The notes below the pieces were generated by a model. That model was not told the origin of the DNA. It was given only the letters and a program-made list of their open reading frames with translations, and made no database searches. A DNA stretch of 17,875 bases from Octopus sinensis (lineage: Eukaryota): the NCBI RefSeq assembly GCF_006345805.1, contig NW_021824721.1, forward strand, positions 1 to 17,875, given 5' to 3'. The position numbers and the translations under genes were made by a program. Below, piece after piece: positions 9,925-17,784 of this stretch. Positions within the stretch are counted from its first letter, which is position 1; the number at the start of each line of letters is the position of its first letter.

Positions 9925-10569
9925 TCATAATACCACTTCCAGAACTACTGAAGAAGGGGAGAGAGAAATATGATGTCTTTAAGAAATTCTGTAATCCACA
10001 GCAGCAGAAACTGAAGAAAAAATTCCACCAAGAAGTATGGCACATTGTGTGGAATACATACAAAGGAAAAACACCATGGCACAATGTCATTTCTATTGCA
10101 CAGTCAAGTGCGGTATGGAAAAAAATTTACACTATCACTTGCACTTCTCACAAGTTCAGCCTCTTCCCATCACACATGGAGAAGACAACTTCCAGGGCTC
10201 ACATACTGACAAGGGTATATTAGAATTGATCATGGTATGTCAGGAAAATTTTCTGAAATAGAGTGTACTAGAATTTTGATATGTCATGATGATGAGATCA
10301 CCTGTTCTTCAAGAGCAGAGTAAAATGGCCTTACTTTTCTCCATCCAATATGGTCGTATTAATGATTTCTTTTATTAGCTATAAGGGAGACAACAAATGA
10401 AAGGTATATTGTGACATCGTAAAATTTACTTATGTAAAATGGGATGATAAGGAAAATAATATTGCAAATGATGACGGTACTGTCATAAATGTGGCATTGG
10501 TTGGAGCATATAGCACATTCTTTCTGTAGTCTTATCAGAAAAGAATATTGAAATGAGGATGGCAGTGAG

Positions 10570-10573
<4 letters not shown>

Positions 10574-10602
<29 letters not shown>
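10574..10602. repeat. (AG)n microsatellite
   Basis: Direct reading of the sequence. Confidence 0.95.
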
Positions 10603-10603
<1 letters not shown>

Positions 10604-11059
10604 AGGAAAGACAAGGTAGTTTTTTAAAATTATTATTAGCATCATTGATTGACTTCTAGCAATAATGGCAGTTAATTTTCCTTCTTAAGCTTTCTTTAGT
10701 TGTAATTGAGTTTGTCTCAAAAGGGGAGAACAGAGTATTCCAAGAGATTTTGATTCCTTCTTTTTTCTAACGTTAGCTAGAAAAAAAAAATGACAATGAA
10801 AAGAGAAACATTGCAAGTTAGAACTGTCAACTCACTCAAACTCTTTTTTTTTTTCTTTATAAATCCCCTGATTTAACACAAACTATCTTGAATACTTGAA
10901 ATAAAAAAAAAAAGCTCAATAAAAAAAATTAAAATATACAAAATAAGGTGATAAAAGAAAATATTTATTCTTGATAATCTTCACATTAAACATTTTTTTT
11001 CATGTCATGACAAAAGTGAATTCAAAAGTGAATTCAAAAGACAAAAGTGAATGACAAAA

Positions 11060-11206
11060 GTGTTTCAGTGAGTTGTGGTCATACTGGGGCACCACCTTGA
11101 AAGATTTTATTCAAATGGATTGACCTCAGTACTTTTCTTTTGTTAAGTCTGGCGCTTATTGTCACTTTTGCTGAACCACTAAGTTAAAAGGATGTAAAAA
11201 TAACAC
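11060..11206 (-). mobile_element. SINE family A, degenerate 3' fragment
   Basis: TGTTTCAGTG...GTGGTCATACTGGGGCACCACCTTGAA...TTTTGCTGAACCACTAAGTTA. Confidence 0.8.
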
Positions 11207-11235
11207 ACATCTCTCTTTCTATATTTTGCATCAGA

Positions 11236-11357
11236 ACTACATGGTTCTGGGTTCAGTCCCACTGTGGGGCACCTCAGTCAGGTGTTTTCTACTATAGTTT
11301 CAGGTTAACCAAAGCCTTGTGAGTGAATGTGGTAGACAGAAACTGAAAGAAGCCTGT

Positions 11358-11393
<36 letters not shown>

Positions 11394-11579
11394 TCTCTCA
11401 TCAGTGCTTGACAATTGGTGTTTGTGTGTTTACATCCCTGTAACTTAGCAGTTTGGCAAAAGACACTGATAGAATAAAGTACTAAACTTAAAAATAAGTC
11501 CTGGGGGTCAATTTGTTTGACTAACACCTTTCAAGGTGGTGCTCCAACATAGCTGCAGTCAAATGACCGAAACAAGTTA
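11236..11579 (+). mobile_element. SINE family A, slightly 5'-truncated, old and CpG-decayed
   Basis: ATGGTTCTGGGTTCAGTCCCACTG through GCAGTCAAATGACCGAAACAAGT, with a central (TG)n tract. Confidence 0.9.
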
Positions 11580-11591
11580 CACACACATGCA

Positions 11592-11643
<52 letters not shown>

Positions 11644-11656
11644 ACTCACTCACACA
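11579..11656. repeat. (CA)n microsatellite
   Basis: Direct reading of the sequence. Confidence 0.95.
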
Positions 11657-11714
11657 TGCTGGATTTTTGTGCAGTTTCTGTCTACCAACTCTAAGTCTTT
11701 TTTGCAGATTTGAC

Positions 11715-11845
11715 TGTCATGTTACTTTTATCAACCCTGAAAGGATGAAAAGGCAAAGTTGACATCAGCAGAATTTGAACTCAGAATGAAAGTGCCAGAA
11801 GAAATTCCATAAAGCATTTTGCCCAGCATGTTAGCAATTCTTCCA
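11715..11845 (-). mobile_element. SINE family B, head and core fragment
   Basis: TATCAACCCTGAAAGGATGAAAAGGCAAAGTTGAC...GAATTTGAACTCAGAA...AAGCATTTTGCCCAGCATGTTAGC. Confidence 0.8.
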
Positions 11846-12292
11846 ATGATGATGATGATAATGATGATGATTTTTATTTGCCACCAGGGTGACAGATTAG
11901 GGGAAGGAGCAATATAAAAGACAGGTATAGGATGTGGGATTTACACAACCTCAAATGACTAATACTTTATTTTAATGACCCTGGAGGGATGGAAAGGCAA
12001 CAGTGAGTAGGGCTTGAACAAATATTGCCAGACATTAAACATTCAAATGGGGTTACAAAAATGAAAATTTAAATAAAAGCAAAAGAGATACATTGGCTCA
12101 GGAACAGGCGATTGCAGGGGGTGCAATTTATTTATTTTTTTTGTGAGAGGAACAATGAAGATGCATTAAACATCATTCTGAAGACTTGGTCAAAATGAAC
12201 AAGCATAGAATCATTTTTGGACCGATTTGAAACATTACATTTTTATTATTGGATTTATCTGATACGATTGATGTACACATAATAATAATAAT

Positions 12293-12780
12293 GGTAAAAA
12301 AGATGGTATTGGTAAAAAAGATGGGCTACAGCAAATATTCTGCTCAATACCACAGATTTGCTTGTCAGTTGTTTGACCTGAACCAGTTGAGCATGTCCCT
12401 TAGTGGCTGATGATATGTGTATCTCTGATCACGAGCAGAAGTAGTGGGGGAGCATCATAGCCATGTGTTGAGAGGGTTTCTTTAGGGTTTCAATAATTCA
12501 CCTCTGGAAACATGGGTGTTTTGTTCAACATCCTTAAACAACCCTTATTCAGGGACCTTTTGAGCGGGATGGGCTATTCGACCTGAAGAAAATTCTAACT
12601 GGGCCCCACCTGCAAGGTCATGTGCTGTTTGTCTCGATATGAGATCCCCATGTCGTGCACATATGGTTGTGATGCATGTGCCTAGTGTACCCTTATCAGA
12701 CGGGTAGTCGTGATGGGTATACTGGGCTTCATATATTTTACCCCAGTGTCACTTTGATGGCATGCACTGCTCTCTCACTC
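12293..12780. mobile_element. Unclassified ~490-bp non-coding element bounded by (AAT)n on both sides
   Basis: A complex, higher-GC block sits between (AAT)4 at 12281-12292 and (AAT)8 at 12781-12804. It resembles a repeat I associate with Octopus assemblies, which is unverified. No ORF is present. Confidence 0.45.
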
Positions 12781-12805
12781 AATAATAATAATAATAATAA
12801 TAATA

Positions 12806-13040
12806 AAGCAAGCTGGTAGAATTGTTAGCAGGCTGGATGGAATACTTAGTGGTATTTTGCCCGTTGCTATGTTCTGGGTTCAAATTCTGCTGAAGTCGGC
12901 TTTGCTTTTCATCCTTTCAGGGTCGATAAATTAAGTACCAGTGAAACACTGGGGTCAATGAAATCAACTAGTCCCCTCCCACCAAATTTCAGGCCTTGAA
13001 CCTTTAGTAGAAAGGATTGTAATTATTATTATTATTATTA
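12806..13040 (+). mobile_element. SINE family B, tail variant B2, with an (ATT)n tail
   Basis: Head AGCTGGTAGAATTGTTAGC, B-box GGTTCAAATTC, core CTTTGCTTTTCATCCTTTCAGGGTCGATAAATTAAGTACCAG, then TAGTCCCCTCCC...GAAAGGATT(ATT)n. Confidence 0.9.
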
Positions 13041-13139
13041 ATTTGATATTAAGATTGAAAAAAAATTCGACCAGGTTTGTAAAAAATTTTGGACCTAGGT
13101 TTGGAGCCTCTAAGCAAATTTCATTCCCACCCTTATGAA

Positions 13140-13900
13140 GAGATATGGCGATTCTGAGAGGAAAAATTATGCAGGAGATTAATGGGGAGCGGGAGGGGAG
13201 AATATTAATAAAAGGTATATTAGAATAGTAACAACATAGGGGTTGAAGGAGGAGGAGGAGGGAAAGACTGATTTGTATAACAGAGAGAAACGATAATGGG
13301 AGATAAGGAGGAAGAAGTAAAGATGTATAGAGAGAGAGGAAGGGGGTGACGGGGAGAGAAGTAGGTGAAAGTGAGTGTTTTGAGGGATAAGAAAGAAGGA
13401 AAGAAGGAGCAGAAAGGAAGTAATAGGGAGGGAAATGAGAAACGGGAGGTGCAATGGGAGGAGAGCAATGTGAGAGAGAGAGAGAGAGAGAGTGGAGAAA
13501 GTGAAAGTAGAAAAGGAAGGTGAGGAGGAAGTAAGAGGAGAATAAGAGGAAAAAGTGGGATAACAAAACGAAAAAGAGATAATTTGAAAGGAGGAGGAGG
13601 AGTAGGGAGGCGGGGGTCTTGAAAAAAAAAAAAAAACAGGGGAAAAACAAACGAGAAAAAGAAAATAGTTTAAAAAAAGAAAGAAAATATGAAATTTGTG
13701 AAAATAGGAAATACATTTATTTTTTTTTTTACAGAAAAGAGTAAAACAGGAAAAAGTAGGGATGGGTGGGGGTAGGTGAAGAAAGGATTGTGAAGAATAT
13801 GGGAATGGGGAGAGGAAAGGACGGGGGGTTCCAGGATAAGAGGGATGAAGTGGAGTGGGTGGGGTGAATAACAGCAGATAAGTCAACGACGACGACAATG
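13140..13900 (+). repeat. ~760-bp purine-rich (G/A) low-complexity tract
   Basis: The plus strand is overwhelmingly A/G. This tract is the source of the F/L/S/P-rich minus-strand ORFs. Confidence 0.92.
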
Positions 13901-14088
13901 TCTAAACTTCAGAAAGATTTGTCTTGAGTTCCACTATCCTTCTCTCACCTTTACACACACACACACACACACACAAACGATCATCATGACCATCACTATG
14001 AGCATAACTATAAGGGACAGGGACACTTGGTAAACTGGTAACTATTGTATATTTGCGGATGGTCATACTTTTTGCCAATTAACCACTA

Positions 14089-14120
14089 TATACTTAGTCT
14101 TCACTTCAGCTTTATTGTTG

Positions 14121-14167
<47 letters not shown>

Positions 14168-14373
14168 TCAGTGTCCTTTGCATGAAACCTTTCGTCACAC
14201 ATCCTGTGACCTCTTCAACGACATTCCATCTCACGTTCTGTTCAGTCCATTCTGTCAGAGAGATAAATTGTCGCTGAAGAGGTCCACAGGCCGTGTGACG
14301 AAAGATTTCACACAAAGTCGCTATAATAATGATAATAATAATAATAAAGCTGAAGTGAAGAGCAGCGAGTATA
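14089..14373. mobile_element. Foldback/MITE-like element whose long inverted arms enclose microsatellites
   Basis: A perfect 16-bp inverted repeat lies at 14098-14113 and 14346-14361. (ATT)n pairs with (AAT)n. The inner arms 14179-14223 and 14269-14314 differ by 6 substitutions and 1 indel. The outer ends are TATACT...AGTATA (possible TA TSD). Confidence 0.75.
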
Positions 14374-14403
14374 CAGCGCGTGTGTGATTAATTGGAAAAA
14401 AAA

Positions 14404-14406
14404 ATA

Positions 14407-14441
<35 letters not shown>
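14404..14441. repeat. (TA)n microsatellite
   Basis: Direct reading of the sequence. Confidence 0.95.
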
Positions 14442-14860
14442 CCCGTCCCGAAATATAGCAATATCTGTTTTCACATCAGTAGTCTTGCAAAATAAATTCA
14501 TAAACGTAATCTTAAGAAAACTCATCTCATATAAATAATAAATAATATAAATAAATAAGGCTCTCGATCCCCTATTAACGGTGGCTAACAAGGTAAAATA
14601 CGGTAAAATAGGGTTGACAGTCGCAGCGGATAATTCCACAGAACACGATCGGTTTTTCCTTTCTTCTCAATGCCTCCTTATTCCATATCACGCGTGTGCG
14701 TGCCGGAGTGAAAGAGAGAGAGAGAGAGAGATTATTATTTATGTCAGATTTTGGCAGGACACGGGACAAAATGCCTTGAGGCGGTGGTAATGGTCGCAGT
14801 GGGTGATTTAGCTGCAAGGCAAGCAAGATGGAAGCATACTTTATAATCAAAGTATATCTG

Positions 14861-14905
14861 GGACTACATTTTCTAATGTGTTCTCTGCCTTTTCAAGACG
14901 TAAGT
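14861..14905 (+). promoter_or_regulatory. Candidate TCT-type initiator with an 11-nt first exon and splice donor
   Basis: CCTTTTC (14888-14894) matches YC+1TYTYY. A perfect GTAAGT donor lies at 14900-14905 and GGACTACA lies upstream at 14861. The surrounding sequence retains CpG. No downstream coding exon was identified. Confidence 0.3.
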
Positions 14906-15103
14906 TGTGATTTGAAAAAGATTTTGTTGTTAATTCTAGCACACCGAGTAATTCAGATACAAGCTCCCTTATTAGTAGTATGCATGTAAGGTTAACTGTT
15001 TTCCTTTTTTTTCTTTCGATTTTTACAATGAGTTCATCAAATCCCTCAAAAGGCGATCCAACGACAAATAGTCACTCAGTTTGCAAGGAATAACTAAATT
15101 GTC

Positions 15104-15357
15104 GGTACTACTTGAGAACAGTGGTCCCGGTGCGCGCACTACTGTACTCGCGCATCCACGCTAGCTAGTCATGACTAGTCGATCCTTACTTTGTGTTTTA
15201 TTTACTTTGTTTAACAAAAATTTACTTGGTGTAAAAGAATTATTTATTTTGTGTTTTATTTACTTTGCTATGTAGTCGTTGTAGGATCGACTAGTCACGA
15301 CTAGCTAGCGCGGATGAGCGAGTGCGCGCACTGGGACCACTGTTCTCAAGTAGTACC
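15104..15357. mobile_element. Young 254-bp MITE with 75/83-bp TIRs and an 8-bp TSD (Merlin-like termini)
   Basis: The TSD AAATTGTC lies at 15096-15103 and 15358-15365. The TIRs at 15104-15186 and 15283-15357 are identical at 71 of 75 positions, plus one 8-bp indel. The termini are GGTAC...GTACC. Confidence 0.93.
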
Positions 15358-15446
15358 AAATTGTCTTCAAATCACATACTTCCGAGCTAGATAAGACGTA
15401 TATCACATCTGGCTTGTCTTTGGAAAACAAAGAGGTCGTCAGCGGA

Positions 15447-15833
15447 TACTCTCTGTCTTTTACTTGTTTCTGTCATTTGACTGCGGTCATGCTGGAGCAC
15501 CGCCTTTAGTCGATCAATTCTTTGTAAGCCCAGTACTTATTCTATCGGTCTCTTTTTGTCGAACCGCTAAGTGGCGAGGACGTAAACACACCAGCATCGG
15601 TTGTCAAGTAATGCTAGGGGGACAAACACAGACACACAAACACACACACACGCATATATATATATATACATATATACGACAGGCTTCTTTCAGTTTCCGT
15701 CTACCAAATCCACTCACAAGGCTTTGGTCGGCCCAGGGCTATAGCAGAAGATACTTGCCCAAGATGCCACGCAGTGGGACTGAACCCGGAACCATGTGGT
15801 TGGTTAGCAAGCTACTTACCACACAGCCACTCC
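15447..15833 (-). mobile_element. SINE family A, near full length and young
   Basis: The reverse complement is nearly identical to 6280-6684 (about 8 differences in the first ~165 nt), with a ~20-bp deletion near the 3' end. Confidence 0.95.
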
Positions 15834-16006
15834 ATTATTATTAATAATAATACATAATAATAGAAGAGTTTCTTTGCAGCAGGAGTATTTGGTCATCGAT
15901 CTCTACTTTGTCAGCTGAATTTGTCGACGGGGAGATATATTAATGAGATAAATCAATGAGTTCAATAATCGAAACACTTCACTCCTCCATGAATTTGTGG
16001 TAAGGT

Positions 16007-16413
16007 ATTGTTTTAGTCATTGGACTGCGGCCATTCTGTGACAGCGCCTAGAAGAGTTTAATCGAACAAATCGACCCCCAGCACATGGTTTTCTTTTTTC
16101 TTCCTTTTTTTCTTTCTTGTTATAAAGCCGACACTTTAACGGCTTCTTTCCGCCGAGCCTCTAGGTTACAGGGACATAAACAAACCAACAACGGTTGTGA
16201 AGCAGTGGTGGTGGTGGGGGGGCCAAACAAACTCAGGCGCATATATATATATAGGCGCGCGCGCGACCACACAAACAATATACACGATGGGCTTCTTTCA
16301 GTTTCCGTGTACCGAATCCATCGGGGCTATAGCAGAAGTCACTTGCCCAAAGTTCCACGCAAAGGGATTGAACCCGGAACCATGAGGTTGGGAAGTAAGC
16401 TTCTTTCCACGTG
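16007..16413 (-). mobile_element. SINE family A, diverged but CpG-retaining
   Basis: GGACTGCGGCCAT...GGCTTCTTTCAGTTTCCG...GGCTATAGCAGAAG...CTTGCCCAA...GAACCCGGAACCATG. Confidence 0.88.
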
Positions 16414-16560
16414 CTCTTCCCTTTGCAATCTTTTATTTGTTTATAAAGTAAGAAAATTTTTGTTGTTGTTATTCCAGCGGAATTGGAAAGCACTGAACTA
16501 ACGAACAATTCATTGACAACAGGAAATGTCAATGAAACCACTACAGCATAATTTCGTAAA

Positions 16561-16602
<42 letters not shown>

Positions 16603-16605
16603 TTT

Positions 16606-16752
16606 ATAATGGGTTTCAATTTCACCTATTAGATCCATTATTCATAAGGCATTTTGGATCGGTCCGGGGCTACAATGGAAAAAGGCCTACCCAAGGAACC
16701 AAGCAGTGGAAGAACAAACTGCAAACAACTTCTTAACTGCAAACCTCCGCGT
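16606..16752 (-). mobile_element. SINE family A, highly degenerate 5' fragment
   Basis: ATGGGTTTCAATTTC...ATCCA...AAGGC...TCGGTCCGGGGCTACA...CCCAAGG...GCAGTGG. Confidence 0.6.
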
Positions 16753-16775
16753 ACACACACTTGTATTCTTATACT

Positions 16776-17007
16776 GGCGAGGGGCTGGCAGAAACGTTAG
16801 CACGCCGGGCGAAATGCTTTGTGGTATTTCGTCCGCCGTTACGTTCTGAGTTCAAATTCCGCCGAGGTCGACTTTGCCTTTCATCCTTTCGGGAATCGAT
16901 AAATTAAGTACCAGTTACGCACTGGGGTCGATATAATCGACTTAATCCCTTTGTCTGTCCTTGTTTGTCCCCTCTCTGTTTAGCCCCTTGTGGGCAATAA
17001 AGAAATA
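16776..17007 (+). mobile_element. SINE family B (tail B1), full-length monomer
   Basis: Head GGCGAGGGGCTGGCAGAAACGTTAGC, B-box GAGTTCAAATTCC, core GTCGACTTTGCCTTTCATCCTTTCGG, end GGGCAATAAAGAAATA. Confidence 0.95.
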
Positions 17008-17589
17008 TATATCAGTATGTACGTTGTACCAAAGTAAATTATCTCCCTCTCTCTCTCTCTCAAAGACACACGCACGTGCAAGTTCACTCACAGACTGTGG
17101 TGGGGTTGGAGTAGAAACAGCCGCTACTAAAAATAGAACACAGTTACAATGCTATAAGTACGGTTACACGTAGAGCTGCTTTTAACGACATCAAGAGCTT
17201 AAAAATTTGCGGCGTGGCTTTTCCGTGTCCAATACTTTACCAGTGTGTATACAATTAAATGCGAACGTCTGATTGCGTGATTTACGTGCGTGTTTGTGTG
17301 TGCGCATACACTAACACACCTACACATAATTACATACATGTTTATTCAGATGACGGCACTTAATAAATCGTTCTTGGAATTTTTCGAAATTCTGAAGAAA
17401 CGAAACGATTCCTGAAAGGTGCCATCACTTGAATTCAACATATCTTGGCTATTTTTGAATATTTTTACTTAAATTCTTTTGCCTTAATTGCTGTTTCGCA
17501 GAAATAAACGAGAAGTTATACAACTTGCAAATAAATAATACTAACTAAATACGAGACGTGATTACTTGGCAGTTGAATATCACATACCT

Positions 17590-17685
17590 CAAGTCAGTCA
17601 ATGGACTGTGGCTGTACTGGGGGAATCACCTCGAAGGGTTTAGTCAAACAAATCGACATTTTTAAAAGCCTGGTTACTTATTCTA
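17590..17685 (-). mobile_element. SINE family A, degenerate 3' fragment
   Basis: CAGTCAATGGACTGTGGCTGTACTGG...TAGTCAAACAAATCGAC...TACTTATTCTA. Confidence 0.7.
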
Positions 17686-17731
17686 ATGGTGTATTAAACA
17701 GGCACCAAGTTATCAAGCGATGGAGGGAAGA

Positions 17732-17738
17732 CGCGCGC

Positions 17739-17781
<43 letters not shown>
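17732..17781. repeat. (CG)n-(AG)n compound microsatellite
   Basis: Direct reading of the sequence. Confidence 0.95.

Positions 17782-17784
<3 letters not shown>

Noticed and set aside
12964-13898. 250-aa and 239-aa hydrophobic ORFs resembling membrane proteins
   Set aside because: The pyrimidine-rich strand of a low-complexity tract cannot easily form stop codons, and there is no domain signal.
15028-15093. Short ORF MSSSNPSKGDPTTNSHSVCKE after a pyrimidine tract
   Set aside because: It is only 21 aa, has no canonical YAG acceptor and has no recognisable homology.
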